37,330 nt of DNA from a virus (Duplodnaviria; Caudoviricetes), in the IMG/VR virus record IMGVR_UViG_3300046011_004283, positions 1 through 37,330 of that record, one strand, 5' to 3'. Of the stretch, positions 15,596 through 30,000 are shown piece by piece; position 1 is the first letter of the stretch; the number at the start of each line of letters is the position of its first letter. Made by a program: the position numbers and the translations under genes. The notes under the pieces are model-generated. The model saw nothing but the letters and a program-made list of their open reading frames with translations, did not search any database and was not told the origin of the DNA.

Positions 15596-17155
15596 ATGCC
15601 AGAACATAAAAGACAATCCGCTACTGCTACCAGTAAACAAAAGTTGGGTAATGGGATATACTCAGCTAGGATTGTTAACAATTTAGACCCAACGTACATG
15701 GGATGTCTTGAAGTTACCTTGATGAAACCACAAGGTAACCAAGTTGGTAATACCATGCAATCGTATATTGTAAAATACGCACCACCATTCTTTGGATATA
15801 CTGCATCCGAACATACTGGTAATAATACCAGTGAAAAGACAGATGCACTTGGTGGATTCAACGATACACAGAAGAGTTACGGGATGTGGTTTGTCCCACC
15901 CGATGTTGGTGTTACTGTATTGGTTGTGTTTGTAGACGGCGACTCATCGCAAGGTTATTGGTTTGCTGCAGTTCCGTCCAGATTTGCTAACCACATGGTG
16001 CCTGCGATCGCTGGTTCATCTACAGTAGATGCGAGTAAAGCTGATAAGACGGCATTTGATACCAAGTCACCATTACCTGTTGCGGAAATCAATAAACGTC
16101 ATAACTCGACCGATAAGGAAATTGATGCTAGTAAAATAAAGAAAGCATTACATCCAATGGCTGCTTGTTATTTGGAACAGGGGTTAGTTGAAGACGATAT
16201 TCGCGGAGTGACTAATAGTTCTAGTAGACGAGAAGCACCTAGTATGGTATTTGGTATATCGACGCCAGGTCCAGCTGACAGACGTAAGGGATCCAAGATG
16301 GCTCCAGTCGGTACAAATCAAAGTCAAACTAAGTCAGCAATTCCAGTTAGTCGAATTGGTGGTACCCAATTTGTGATGGATGATGGGCAAGATAAGATGC
16401 AACGTAAAACTCACGCATCTGCTGGTAAGATGGAATATGAAGATATCACTGCGACCGGTAAGGGTTCTTTGAATATTCCATATAATGAATATTTTCGGGT
16501 GAGAACTCGTACCGGTCATCAATTATTGATGCATAATTCCGAGGATTTGATTTATATTGGCAATTCACGTGGTACGGCTTGGATTGAGCTTACAAGTAAC
16601 GGTAAAATTGACATATATGCGAATGATTCCATTTCAATCCACACAGAAAATGATTTGAACATTCGGGCAGATAGAGATATTAACCTAGAAGCTGGTAGGA
16701 ATTTTAATGTAAGTGCCGGTGCTGATACTGGGTTGGGTGGTATACACATGGAGAGTGCTGGTAATACAAGTATTGTCATAGGCTTAAATGGACAGATAAC
16801 CACATCAAATAGTTTGCACATTGCCACCGGTTCGTCTAATTTGATTACCGCTGAGTTAAGTACACATATCAGAAGTGGTGGAAATATGGTAGCAACTGCG
16901 AATCAAATTCATATGAATGGTCCCGAAGCATCAACTGCAGCACCGGCAGAACCATTTAAGATACACGACATTCCAGTAACTAGTACCACAGTTGCATGGA
17001 AAGAAAAGAGATATCAAGCAGAAAAACCATTACAAAGTATCTTGCGGCGAATTCCAATGCATGAACCGTGGTCGTTGCATGAGAATTTAGATCCAACCGC
17101 TGTGGTACCTGATAAAACGGATATATCAAAAGAAGGAAAGAAACGTGGCGAATAA
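15596..17155 (+). CDS. Baseplate central spike, gp5/VgrG-like
   Basis: OB-fold motifs DP..MG.L.V and GMWFVPPDVG..VLV.F; RTRTGHQ; beta-helix-like repeats. Confidence 0.8.
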   Translation: MPEHKRQSATATSKQKLGNGIYSARIVNNLDPTYMGCLEVTLMKPQGNQVGNTMQSYIVKYAPPFFGYTASEHTGNNTSEKTDALGGFNDTQKSYGMWFVPPDVGVTVLVVFVDGDSSQGYWFAAVPSRFANHMVPAIAGSSTVDASKADKTAFDTKSPLPVAEINKRHNSTDKEIDASKIKKALHPMAACYLEQGLVEDDIRGVTNSSSRREAPSMVFGISTPGPADRRKGSKMAPVGTNQSQTKSAIPVSRIGGTQFVMDDGQDKMQRKTHASAGKMEYEDITATGKGSLNIPYNEYFRVRTRTGHQLLMHNSEDLIYIGNSRGTAWIELTSNGKIDIYANDSISIHTENDLNIRADRDINLEAGRNFNVSAGADTGLGGIHMESAGNTSIVIGLNGQITTSNSLHIATGSSNLITAELSTHIRSGGNMVATANQIHMNGPEASTAAPAEPFKIHDIPVTSTTVAWKEKRYQAEKPLQSILRRIPMHEPWSLHENLDPTAVVPDKTDISKEGKKRGE

Positions 17156-17585
17156 ACTATATAACCAAAAAACGGTTGCAGTTAATAAGGCATCTGTTGG
17201 TGATAAGGAACAAGGAAACTTCACATTTAAAGGATTTGATTCGAATTCTAAATCAACTAATTATAAGTTGTATGACATTGATATAGTGAAACGTGATTTG
17301 TTGAACCATTTCTATATAAGACGTGGTGAGAAGTTGGAAAATCCAAAATTTGGTACTGTTATTTGGGACATGCTATTTGAACCATTCACTGAATCAACAA
17401 AGAGTATTATTGCGAAGGACGTGGAAACAATAGTTAACTACGACCCTAGACTACGAATAGATAAAGTAGTAGTTACTACCACAGCATTTGGTATTCGGAT
17501 AGACTTGGAATTGACTTACATGCCATTTAACATCACGGAACGTATGACCATGAATTTTGATAAAAAAAATGCGGTGATTGCGTAA
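17145..17585 (+). CDS. Baseplate wedge protein, gp25-like
   Basis: R.GEKL.NP.FG..IWD.LFEP and YDPRL motifs; GTG start. Confidence 0.9.
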   Translation: MANKLYNQKTVAVNKASVGDKEQGNFTFKGFDSNSKSTNYKLYDIDIVKRDLLNHFYIRRGEKLENPKFGTVIWDMLFEPFTESTKSIIAKDVETIVNYDPRLRIDKVVVTTTAFGIRIDLELTYMPFNITERMTMNFDKKNAVIA

Positions 17586-17656
17586 CAGTAGTGATTAGTG
17601 GTCTATTTTCAGGTTGCGAATACAGCTAAATATGTGTATCGATAATTGGAACCACT

Positions 17657-20600
17657 ATGACATCAACCACTAGACAAAACAATTTGATTTTAAACGAAGA
17701 CTGGACCCGTATATACCAGACTTTCAAGAATGCGGATTTCAAATCATACGATTTTGAAAATCTTCGCAGAGTAATGATCACTTATATCCGTGAAAACTAC
17801 CCAGAAGACTTCAATGATTATATTGAATCTTCTGAATATATGGCATTGATTGATGCTATAGCGTTTTTGGGACAAAGTTTGTCATTTAGAATAGATCTTG
17901 CAAGTAGAGAAAACTTCTTAGAGCTCGCTGAAAGAAAAGAAAGCGTGTTGAAGATTGCTAGAATGCTGAGTTATAATCCAAAACGGAACATTGCAGCGTC
18001 TGGATTGCTTAAATTCACATACGTGTCAACTACTGAACCATTACTAGATAGCAATGGTAAAAATCTAGCACAGCAGCATATTACATGGAACGACCCAACC
18101 AATTCTAATTGGTATGAGCAGTTTATCATGGTGTTAAATGCTGCAATGACGACTAATACTGAATTCGGAAAAAGTCAAGGGTCTGCAACCATAGATGGAA
18201 TACCAACGCAGCAGTACAGGTTTAATTCGTTTAGTGGAGATGTTCCAATTTTCACCTACAATAAATCGGTTGCCGGTAGAAATATGGCATTTGAAGTGGT
18301 AAGTACTGCATTTAAAAACAGTGAATCCATTTACGAAGAAGCTCCATACCCAAGTAACCAACTTGGTTTTATATATAGAAATGATGGAAAGGGGCCGGGT
18401 AGTAATGGAAATGGTTTTTATGTTATGTTCAAACAAGGTAGTTTAGAATTAGCAGATCTTACCATTGATACACCAACACCAAATGAAAAAATAGCAGTAG
18501 AAAGTCCAAATATCAACAATGATGATGTTTGGATGTTTACGTTGGGTGCGAATAATGCACAATTAAACCAATGGGCTAAAGTATCTAATTTAGTTGGCAA
18601 TAACATTGCATATAATAGTTTATCCCGTAATATACGTAATATATATTCGGTTGTAACTAAAGAAAACGATAAGATAGAATTAGTGTTTGCAGATGGTGTA
18701 TATGGCAATGTTCCACAAGGTAAATTCAGAGTATATTACCGGGTAAGCAATGGATTATCATATTCAATATCACCAGCAGAAATGCGTGGTATTGCCATTA
18801 GTATCCCGTATGTTAACAAAAACGGTGCAAAACACACGATTACCGTTGGGTTAGGATTACAACAAACTATATCTAATGCAGCTACATCAGAAAGTGTTGC
18901 TAGTATTAGAACAAATGCACCTGCCGTGTATTATACCCAGAATAGAATGATAACTGGTGAGGACTATAACTTAGCTCCACTTGCAAGTTCACAGGATATT
19001 CTAAAAATAAAGGCGGTGAATAGAACATCTAGTGGAATTTCAAGGAATTTTGAGATAATTGATGTTAGTGGGAAATATAGTTCAATAAACGTGTTTGCGG
19101 ATGATGGGTATATCTACAAGGATGATATAGAACATACACTATCATTCAAGTTCAATACAAAAAATGACATTATTAACGCAATTAGACGAATAGTAGAACC
19201 GGCGATAGCCGCGACTGATGTTTATAACTTCTATGTGACGAAGTATAACAAAAAACTATTCGATGGCTTAACTACATGGAATCAATGTACTGCAGATACA
19301 AACTTGACTACGGGTTACTTTTTAACTAATTCAGTAGTAAAGAAAGTAGGCCCTGCATACGCGACTAATAACTTGAGATATATTGCACATGGCGCAATGG
19401 TTAAATTCATACCTGTTACTGGTATGGCATTTAAAAATGGTAAAATGATAACTGCGAACGCAGCGGATCCAATGCAAACCAAGCGAATTTGGGCAAAAGT
19501 GATTAAAGTAGTTGGTGACGGCACTAATAATGGATTAGGTATTCTTTCTAGTGGAGCAGGTACCATATCATTCAATGATATTATTCCAAGTGGTGCAATT
19601 ATCGATCAAGTTGTACCAAAATTGGTGACAGATCTACCGGCTGCACTAGAGTCAGAAATGGTTAATCAGGCATATCAGAATGTTAATTTTGGTTTAAGAT
19701 ACGATGTTGATACAACTGCGTGGCAATTAATTACGTCGGCAAATATCAATTTATCTGGTAATTTCAATTTGATTACTGCAGGCGATACCACGAATACTAA
19801 TTCTGATGCATCGTGGATTGTTGCGTTCGTTAAAGAAGCCGAGCAATATACCGTTAGAATTAGAGCATTGGATTATGTATTCGGTAGTGTTTCTCAGAAT
19901 AGGTTTTATTTTGATGCACATGAAAAGGCATACAACGATCAGTTGGGAGCCGTTATAAAAGATAGCATTAAGATACTTGGGATTAACACCGGGGCTGATA
20001 AGATAAACCTGTTAAATACCGATGTTACCTTTGAAATTTCTGATACTGTTAAATTCAACGATGGCTATATTAGTAATAGCGAAGTTAAGTTGGCATTTAG
20101 TGATGCCGATAGTGACGGAGTCATTGATAACCCAGAATCATTTGTATTGGTTGTTGGTGAAGATACTGGTCATCTAGTCGATTCAAAAGGTAACGACCAA
20201 GCGAATTTGTATGTTTTCTTTAAGGAAATAAAAGACGGGTTTGGTAATGTATATCACGAGATTGTAGATACTAGTACCACGAATATTATAGTCAGAGAAT
20301 CTGAAGCTACGACTGACATAACGGAATTTGTAGATGGTCAGTTGATTTATTTCTATAACCAAACTGAAGACTACGTGAAATTGGTTAATAGAACGACAAA
20401 TACCTTTAATTTGATTAGTGAATATACTGCAAATATTGGTAGAACTGGTCTTAAATTTCAGTATTTGCACAACGCCAGTTCATCAAGAAGAATAGATCCT
20501 AGTGTGAGTAACATAATGGATATTTCTATTATGACTAGAACTTACGACACTGCATTCCGTAGTTATTTACGTGGTGGTATATCAACGCCACCAGAACCAC

Positions 20601-21085
20601 CATCGAGTGATGCGTTGCGAATCAGTTTTGGTTCAAAGTTAAATGCGATCAAATCGATAAGTGATGAAATTATATATCACCCAGTTAGGTATAAAGTGCT
20701 GTTTGGTGCAATTGCAGATGAGAAACTACAAGCACAATTCAAGGTAGTTAAAAACCCAAATAAAACAATTAATGATAACGATTTGAAAGTTCGAATTGTA
20801 ACTGCAATTAACGAGTTTTTTGATATCACGTACTGGGATTTTGGGGATAGATTTTATCTTGGCGAATTGACTACTTACATATTAAACTCGGTATCACCGG
20901 ATATAAGTAACATAATAATTGTTCCAAAACAAGCTACCCAATCATTTGGTAGTTTATTTGAGATACAAAGCAAACACGATGAAATATTAGTTAGCGGCGC
21001 AACCGTTGACAATATTGACATAGTAACCGCTATTTCAGCCACTGAAGTTAGAGCGAGTTCAACAACAATTACATCATCAACCTAG
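17657..21085 (+). CDS. Baseplate wedge protein, gp6-like
   Basis: YDFENLR..M..Y, FADGVYG..P.G and ES..SIR.NAP..YYTQNRMITGEDY motifs; late-type CTAAATA at 17626-17632. Confidence 0.9.
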   Translation: MTSTTRQNNLILNEDWTRIYQTFKNADFKSYDFENLRRVMITYIRENYPEDFNDYIESSEYMALIDAIAFLGQSLSFRIDLASRENFLELAERKESVLKIARMLSYNPKRNIAASGLLKFTYVSTTEPLLDSNGKNLAQQHITWNDPTNSNWYEQFIMVLNAAMTTNTEFGKSQGSATIDGIPTQQYRFNSFSGDVPIFTYNKSVAGRNMAFEVVSTAFKNSESIYEEAPYPSNQLGFIYRNDGKGPGSNGNGFYVMFKQGSLELADLTIDTPTPNEKIAVESPNINNDDVWMFTLGANNAQLNQWAKVSNLVGNNIAYNSLSRNIRNIYSVVTKENDKIELVFADGVYGNVPQGKFRVYYRVSNGLSYSISPAEMRGIAISIPYVNKNGAKHTITVGLGLQQTISNAATSESVASIRTNAPAVYYTQNRMITGEDYNLAPLASSQDILKIKAVNRTSSGISRNFEIIDVSGKYSSINVFADDGYIYKDDIEHTLSFKFNTKNDIINAIRRIVEPAIAATDVYNFYVTKYNKKLFDGLTTWNQCTADTNLTTGYFLTNSVVKKVGPAYATNNLRYIAHGAMVKFIPVTGMAFKNGKMITANAADPMQTKRIWAKVIKVVGDGTNNGLGILSSGAGTISFNDIIPSGAIIDQVVPKLVTDLPAALESEMVNQAYQNVNFGLRYDVDTTAWQLITSANINLSGNFNLITAGDTTNTNSDASWIVAFVKEAEQYTVRIRALDYVFGSVSQNRFYFDAHEKAYNDQLGAVIKDSIKILGINTGADKINLLNTDVTFEISDTVKFNDGYISNSEVKLAFSDADSDGVIDNPESFVLVVGEDTGHLVDSKGNDQANLYVFFKEIKDGFGNVYHEIVDTSTTNIIVRESEATTDITEFVDGQLIYFYNQTEDYVKLVNRTTNTFNLISEYTANIGRTGLKFQYLHNASSSRRIDPSVSNIMDISIMTRTYDTAFRSYLRGGISTPPEPPSSDALRISFGSKLNAIKSISDEIIYHPVRYKVLFGAIADEKLQAQFKVVKNPNKTINDNDLKVRIVTAINEFFDITYWDFGDRFYLGELTTYILNSVSPDISNIIIVPKQATQSFGSLFEIQSKHDEILVSGATVDNIDIVTAISATEVRASSTTITSST

Positions 21086-21096
21086 AAGTGTGAATA

Positions 21097-24000
21097 ATGA
21101 CTGACCAATTTTACCCAGAAAGCCAATTACCAATAAGAACTACAGTTGACTTATTGCCAGGTGTTTTTAAAACTGATACAAACAGTAAATTCATGTCTGC
21201 GGTTGTTGACCCATTGGTCCAACCTGGATTGTTACAGAAAGCTGTTGGATATATCGGTAAAAGATACGGAAAAACGTACAATGGTTCCGATACGTACTTA
21301 GATTCAGATAACACGCTGCGAAGTCGATATCAGCTTGAACCGGGTGTGGTTTTGACAAACGGTGATAAGATTGAAAACTTCCATGATTATATTGATTTGA
21401 AAAATCAATTGAAGTTCTTTGGCAATGCAATAGAGCGTGATGATCTTGTGATGTCACAGGAGCATTATTCATGGAACCCACCGATAAACTGGGATAAATT
21501 TATCAATTATCGAGAGTATTTCTGGGAACCAGCTGGTCCACTAGCAGTGCCTGTTAATGGTCGTGGGGCGACTGTCGTAAGTGAATATAATGTTACCGCT
21601 GGTGCTGATTCATTTGTGTTTTCTCCTAGTTCAATGGTAATTGATGTAAAGAATAACCCAACTATTACATTATACCGTGGGCAAACGTATAAATTCAATG
21701 TATCAACACCAAATGATAGTTTTATCATTAGAACCCAGTACGATACTGGGTCAATGCTGTATAATCCAGTACTAGCATACGAACAGAATCAACTTGCTGT
21801 GTATGAAAATCAACTAATCAGAGCAAAGATACGCATTATTTCAAGCGGTACGAGAACTGAACCCGATTTGATAAATGATTGGGAATTTGTTCGATTCATG
21901 TATCAAACGGCAATGAATGATTATGTTGCTGGTAATGCTTATGGTATTGGTGATACCGTGGTATATTCAAACTCGCTATGGGAAGCAACTAATGACATTT
22001 CAACTTCGGAAATATCTATTCCAGTTACCGGTTCAACCGATTGGCGATTTGTTGGTTATGTATTAAAAGCAGCAACCTTAGAATACAGTACTGGTGTCGT
22101 AAACAACGGTACTAGTTCCGGTATTGTTGTATTCGAAGTATCGTATGACGCACCAGATGTTCTATTTTACCAAAGCCCACTTGATCCAAACAAATTTGGT
22201 AAATTCATAATTGAAAGTATATCCGAGAATACAACACTAGATGTTGATGCGGAAATCGTTGGATTGAAAAACTACACGAGTAATAATGGTGTCGTGTTTA
22301 CCAACGGGTTGGTTATTGAGTTTCGTGGTACAGTGAAACCAGAGAAATATAGTCATGATACATGGCTAGTTAGTGGGGTTGGATCGTCTATTTCATTGCT
22401 GAAATTTTCAGATTTGATAACCGCGAAAGTTTCTACGGTAGTACCAGATGTATTATTTGATAATGAAGGATTTGACACCCAACCATTTGATAATGCAGCG
22501 GCATATCCTAACGTTCAGGATTACATTACGATTTCACAATCTAGTATCGATTCTAATTCATGGAGTCGATATAATAGATGGTTCCACCGTTCAGTATTGG
22601 AATATTCGTGTGCATTACGTGGTCAAGAATACAGTGCACCAGAATCATATCGAGCAAAACGGCCTATTATCGAGTTTGTTTCTAATCTGAAATTACATAA
22701 TCATGGCTCAACTGCAAAGAAACCCGTTGATTTCGTAGATACCAGTACAACAGATGTGTTTTCGATAATCGAAGGTAGTGCTGGGTATCAAATTGATAAT
22801 GAAGTGTTATTTAATGGTGCTAGAATTTTAGTTACTGCTGACACTGATAATCTCGTTAATAATAAAATATATGAAGTTCAGTTACTAACGTTCAACCATA
22901 ACACTCAAATAGTAACAGATACAACATCTACTATTATACCTCAAATTCATTTGGTTGAAGTTGATGACTCCTTACCATACGTAGATCAGTGTGTTTTGAT
23001 TAAACACGGTAAAAGATATGGTGGTTCTATGTTCCATTTCAATGGAACTAATTGGGTATTGAGTCAAGAAAAAACAGCAGTTAACCAAGCTCCATTATTC
23101 GATGTGTATGATGAGAATGAAATTAGTTTTTCAAATACAGAATACTATCCAGTAAGTACATTTGCTGGATCTAAAATACTCAGTTACAAAGTCGGCAATG
23201 GGAGATTGGATACCCAGCTTGGGTTTAGTTTGAGTTACTTGAACATTGGGAATGTCGGAGATATTCAATTTGATTGGAATTTCGGAACTGATGCATTTAC
23301 ATATGACGTTAATCGTGATGTGATATCCAAAAAGATTGAAACCGGGTATTACAAAATAACGAATGTTGGACTTGAATACGGTAATGGATGGATTAAAACA
23401 AAAGATACCTATATTCAACCAATCATTGATAGTCAGAAGATAAAAGAACCTACGTATGATTTAACGTTTACCTCGATTGATTTTGCTAGCGTACCAGTCG
23501 CTGATATGATTATTCGGCTTTTCGTTAATGGTAAGTCATACAACGGTGATTATTTACGAGAGGGTGATGTCTTTACGTTCCCAGTACAATTTGCTGTTGG
23601 TGATGTGGTTTCTATTAAGATAATATCAAAGGTTGATCCAAAAACTGGTTATTACGAAATACCAGTAGGATTGGAGAAGAATCCATTAAACCAAGTGTTG
23701 GAGTCATTTACTCTAGGACAGGCAGACGACCATATCAATACAGCTGTTGAGTTTTTCACCGGATTCACTGGTACAATACCAGGGGTATCAAACTTACGAG
23801 ATTTAGATGAATATCAACCATATGCAACTAGATTTCTGAAACATTCTGGTATAGCACCATTAGCTTCGTATTTGTTGTGTGATAAAACATATAATATCGT
23901 AAAATCGTTACAGTATGCAAAGAAAATGTACACTGAATTCAAGAATAATTTCATCGAGCGTGCATCATATGTATCTACATCAAATGCAATCGATGCAGTC

Positions 24001-27000
24001 GATTCTATCGTAACCAGTTTGGCATCTACCAAGACAGTAGATAGCGCCTTTGCATATTCGGATATGATTGGTAGTGGCGCATATACCCCTATACGATACA
24101 CTGTTGAAGACACTGGTATTAAAACATACGCCCTATCAAAGAAGTTTAATTTGACAGAACTTAGTAATTCTGCGGTTTATGTGTACATCCATCGAATTGG
24201 TAGTAATGGGTTTACTGTGAATCAACTCATTAACACGGTTGATTATAAATTCAATGATGTGTTTGGTTATATTACATTATTGATTGAATTGTTTGAAGGC
24301 GACGTCGTTGAAATTAGAGAATATCTATCAACTGCTGTAAATTACATCCCAGCAACACCAACATCTATTGGGTTACATAAGAAATACACACCTATGAAAT
24401 TTTTGGATGACACGTATGCTATTCCAAGAATGGTAATTCAAGGGCATGATGGTAGTATAACCGCAGCGTATGAAGATTATCGTGATGATATATTGTTGGA
24501 ATTGGAACTGCGAATTTACAACAATATAAAACAAGAATACGATACTAATATATTCGACATTGACGAGGTTCTTGGTGGATATTATAATACTGGTCTATAC
24601 ACGAAAGATGAACTAGATTTAGTTATTAAACCAGAATTCTATAAATGGAATGCACAGGCGCAGTTAAATTATACGGAAAACTCATGGTTTGATGAAACCA
24701 ATACATTTACGTATAATTACAGTCGCATGACAGACCCGTTGAATTCGACAGAATTACCTGGATATTGGCGAGGGGTTTATCAATGGTTTTATGATACCGA
24801 CCGGCCACATCGTTGCCCTTGGGAAATGTTAGGTTTTTCTGAAAAACCAGAATGGTGGGAATCCGAGTATGGTCCAGCGCCATATACAAGTGACAATTTG
24901 TTATTATGGGAAGATTTACGTGATGGTATCATTCGCCAAGGTAGTAGCTCTGGTTATAATGCAAGATATAAACGACCAACTTTGTTGGAACATATACCAG
25001 TTGATTCGACCGGTACTCTACTGAGCCCATTAAATTCAAGATTAGCGCATGAATTTAATATATACACAACTAGAGATAGTTATGTATTTGGAGATGTATC
25101 TCCAGTGGAATATGCATGGCGGTCCAGTTCAGATTGGCCATTTGTAATTAGTATTGCAATGTGTTTATTAAAGCCATTTGAATATATTTCAGATAAGATT
25201 GATGTATCAAGAACACGTACCAATTTGATTGGGCAAAAGGTGCATGATTCTAGTGGGGTTTTTGCTACATTGTCAGACTTAGTATTACCTTCAAATGATA
25301 ATCAATCTTGTGGGTTAATCACGTATTTGGTTGATCATGCTAAATCTAAAGTAATAGACCCTGCAATTATTGGTGTTAATATTAATAACTTAGACGTTAA
25401 ATTGTCTACGAGATTATCTGGGTTTGTAGTCACTGACCAGCAAAAGTATATTTTAGATAGTAAAACTGGTAATACAACAGGTGGTGTATTCGTGCCACCG
25501 GAAAATTACGATATCATATTCAATGTAAGTTCACCTATACGTACTTTGACATACAGTGGCGTGATTATCACTAAATCTGATATGGGCTGGGTAGTTAGTG
25601 GATATAATACGAATCACCAATACTTCAATTATTATGAAGCATTGGCATCTAGTAAAGATCCATACTTGACTATTACACCACAAAATACAGATCAAATTAT
25701 ATCAGTTGGTGGCGTTAGTGCATCATACACTGACTGGGAACCAAACATTGTTTATGCGAATGGTCAAATCGTGAGATACGATCAGCATTTTTATCGAGCG
25801 TTGAAGACAAACTCAAGTACTACCTTCAATGATGAGCACAATTATTGGAAACTATTGTCAAATTTACCAATCACTGGAGAAGTGGTTGCGAGAAATCGAA
25901 AATCATTTAATCGATTTACAGTTAAAACAATGTTATATGGAACTACGCTTAGTTCCATACAAGAAGTTGTTGATTTCTTGTTAGGTTACGAAGTATATCT
26001 AAAATCCATTGGTTTCGTATTTGATGGGTATGATTCTGATTCAAGAGTTGCTATTAATTGGTCCACTAGCTGTAAAGAATTCATGTTTTGGACGAAGCAT
26101 AACTGGGCAACTGGTTCGTTGATTTCGTTAAGTCCAATTTCGAGTAGAATTGAAATTAACATGAACGGTGGTGTTGTTGAAAATCTAACAGATGGGTTTT
26201 ATGACTACGAAGTATTGAAAAGTAACGGTCAAGTTTTCCCGATTGATAAATTAAGTGTAACAAGAACGTTCCAAAAGATAGTAATAACACCAGACTCTAA
26301 AACTGATGGTATTTACTATCTGAATATGTATTGTGTACTTAAGGAACATGTTACTGTGTTTTCAGATAGAACTGTGTTTAATGATGTAATTTACGACAAA
26401 ACAACTGGATATCGTCAGAATAGAATAAAATCAACCGGTTACAGAACCGTTGATTGGGACGGTGATTATACTAGCCCTGGATTTTTATTTGATAATGTTA
26501 GCATCGTTGCATGGCAACCGTATGCTGATTATAAATTAGGTGATATTGTTGCGTATCGTTCAACCAACTGGACTTGCATAAAACATCACACTAGTACTTC
26601 AATTTTTGATAATGCGGTGTGGACCAAATTAGACTCCACACCAACTAAACAATTGGTGTCGAACTTTGATTATAAGATTAATCAATTTGATGAATTTTAT
26701 GATACGTCAGCTGAGGGAATCGGTGCATCACAACGAGAGCTAGCCAGACATGCAATTGGTTATCAGACAAGAGAATATCTTCAAGAATTGGCAGAAGATC
26801 CAGTTACACAATTCCAATTATATCAAGGGTTTATTCGAGAAAAAGGAACCATCAACGCGGTTAACAAAGTAATCGATAAATTGAGTCGATCTGGTGATTC
26901 TAGTATTGTGTTAAATGAAGAATGGGCCTTTAGAGTAGGCCAGTTTGGTGGGGTGGATACGGTTACTGAATTCGAATTCGGTATTGAAAAAAATAAGTTG

Positions 27001-30000
27001 GTATTAAACCCGCAACCAATTACCATTACCAATGACACGACTGCGTCAGATTACGAGTATCGTATAAATGAATCTAATTTTACATTGGCACCATCAAATG
27101 TTTATGCTGGTATCAATAAGATGTCGTATGACGTTGAACCGACAAGAACTGCTGGTTATGTGAAATCGGATCACGTTTCACATACAGTTAAAACTTTCGA
27201 TGATATACTGTCACTTGATATAACATCGATGGTGGATAATGACCATATCTGGGTGACATTTTACCAATATACCTGGAATGTGTATAGATTCAATGATACC
27301 AATTTACGGGTGCTTGATGTTGTTCAATCAGACAATACTGTTAATTTTGTATTATCTAGTAGACATGGTTTTAAAGTCGGCGATATTTTCGGAGTTAGAC
27401 CACTTGGTTCATCTTCTGCATTTTCTGGATTTTTCAAAGTGGTGAACACTTCTTGGAATTCTGTTTCGGTCGATAGCGCAGACGTTTTAGTAATACCAAC
27501 TCTTTCTGTTAACAAACCGATATATGCGTGCACCATTAAACAATCAAGATATAAATCATATTCTGCGATTGACGATGTTTATGCAGCAGGGTTGTCTGAT
27601 GGTTCACGGTTGTGGATTGATTTAAATGACAATAAGCAATGGGAAGTTATTCAAAAGAAAGATCAATTTATAACCCACAATCCAGTTAATTATGGACCAG
27701 TAGCACCGGTTGGCGTTGGTCGTACTGTCATTTATGCGGATAAATTGAAAAATGTTATCACTAGCGTACCAGGATCTGATAGAATTGTGGTCCACAGCTA
27801 TGGTTCGGCTGGTTTAACTTACGAGCAATCGATTGTATTACCAGCGGAGTTGACTGAACGATTAAACGGTTCATTTGGCTATTCGATGGCGGTCTCACCC
27901 GATAATAGATTCTTGGTTGTCGGATCCCCATTAGCATCTAATGTTCCTAGTAAGTATAAAGGTGAATATGATGAAACTTCAATTTATATCGTTGGTGAAC
28001 TAGTTACCTATAATGGAAAGTTGTGGGAATTATCATTCGACCAAATTTTACCAGAATACGTTTCAATGGTTGATGATGGTGAACTAATCGGGCAATTAGG
28101 AACCAATACTATGGAATCTGGTATGTGGACTGTTGCAACAAATAATTTTGTTGCATCCGCCGCAGTATATAACAGTGATTATATAGATCAAGGTATGGTA
28201 TCAATCTATGAATACACTGAAAATGATTGGAAATATATAACATCATTTGTTAGTCAAGATTTAGACCATACTACTAAATTTGGCGAGAGTGTTGCTATTG
28301 GTGCAATTCAAGATGGTTATTTGTTGGCTATCTCAGCGGTAATTCAAGCAGATGATAGTACACAATCGAGCAAACGCGGAGTGGTGTATACTTACCAATA
28401 TATCAATTCATCTTGGTCTATTCAAACCGATTACACATCACCGGATAATAACACACAACCAGATACATTTGGTAGAACATTAGCCATTTCAGCAGATAGT
28501 TCAGTTTTAGTTATTGGAGACCCAACTGCAAATAATACAGTATCATGCGGTGCGGTTTATGTATATGATATGGTGAATGTATCGGTTGATGCTATCTGGG
28601 CACCGGATTCAGTATCAGGTGATAACTTTGGATATGCTATTGCGTTAGACTCAACAGGTTCTACGCTAGTGGTCACAAGCCCAAATGCTGATAGTACAAT
28701 CATCGACCAAGGTAAAGCATATGTATTCACTAAAACCGGTTCTAATTTTGAATTATCTCAAACAATTGAGAGTTTTGAGTATGTTACAAACGAACAATTT
28801 GGAAGTAGTGTTTCAATATATGGAAGTAAATTAGTAGTTGGTGCTCGTAATTCGAATTACGTTACATATGACGGCTTCGATGTGTCATTTGATGGAAACC
28901 GCACTAAATTTTACAGCGATCATGGGTACGCTGGTGCAGTTTATGTATTTGAATATAAAGGCGATGGGTATCTACTTACCTCAGAATTGAAACCATTATT
29001 AAAACCATACGAATCATTCGGATTCAGTATTGCGTGTACGAGTAATGCAATTTTCGTTGGATCGCCAACATACACATTAGACGAAAACATACCAGCTACC
29101 GGTATGTTACGTGGGTTTGTTGAAACGGCTATTACTGGGGCTTGGGATGTTATCGCCAAGCAATCATCCGTGGTTGATACTAGTAATATCAAAGGCATAT
29201 CATTATATGACAACGTAAACAGTTTAAAGATTCAGGATATTGATTATGTAGACAATTCGAAATTGAAAATATTGAATTTTGCCGACCAGGAGATAACTTA
29301 TAAAACATTGTACGATCCAGCAGTTTATACAATCGGTACTAATGATGAAATTCAAATAATAGAACCGACACAAGCATGGGCTGATAAATTTGTAGGTATG
29401 TTATGGTGGGATATTTCAAAATCAAAATGGAATTATGCAGAGCAGGGAGACCTTTCATATAGAGTAGGTCATTGGAATACACAAGTAGTCGGGTCATCAG
29501 TCGAGGTGTATGAATGGGTTAAAACTACCCTATTACCATCAGAATGGGCCGACGTAGCTGATACAAACGAGGGTATTTCTGCTGGTATTTCAGGACAACC
29601 AATGTACCCAGATGACACTGTTATGTCAGTTAAAGAGTTGTATCACCCAATAACTGGGGTTGTTACTGACACGTATTACTATTACTGGGTTAAAAACAAA
29701 TCTAATGTACCTGAAAATGTAGTAGGTCGTAGAATATCAGCATTAAATGTGTCAACTGCTATTAGTAATCCAATTGGAACTGGTGTTGCATTCGTTGGTT
29801 TGTGTGATGATAATTCAGTATTAGCATATAACTTTAGTTCAATTCTAACCACTGAAACTGCATTGTTGAATTTATCTTATTTCAAAAACACGGATAAGCA
29901 AATTCCAATTCATAATGAATATCAATTATTATCAGCTGGTAATGATATATCTGACATATCTACACAGTTAGAAGCTAAATGGATTGATAGTTTGATTGGT

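Noticed and set aside
8613-21085. Genome-wide TAG reassignment (alternative genetic code)
   Set aside because: Very long ORFs are intact under code 11, and TAG ends gp53, gp6 and gp47 at plausible C-termini
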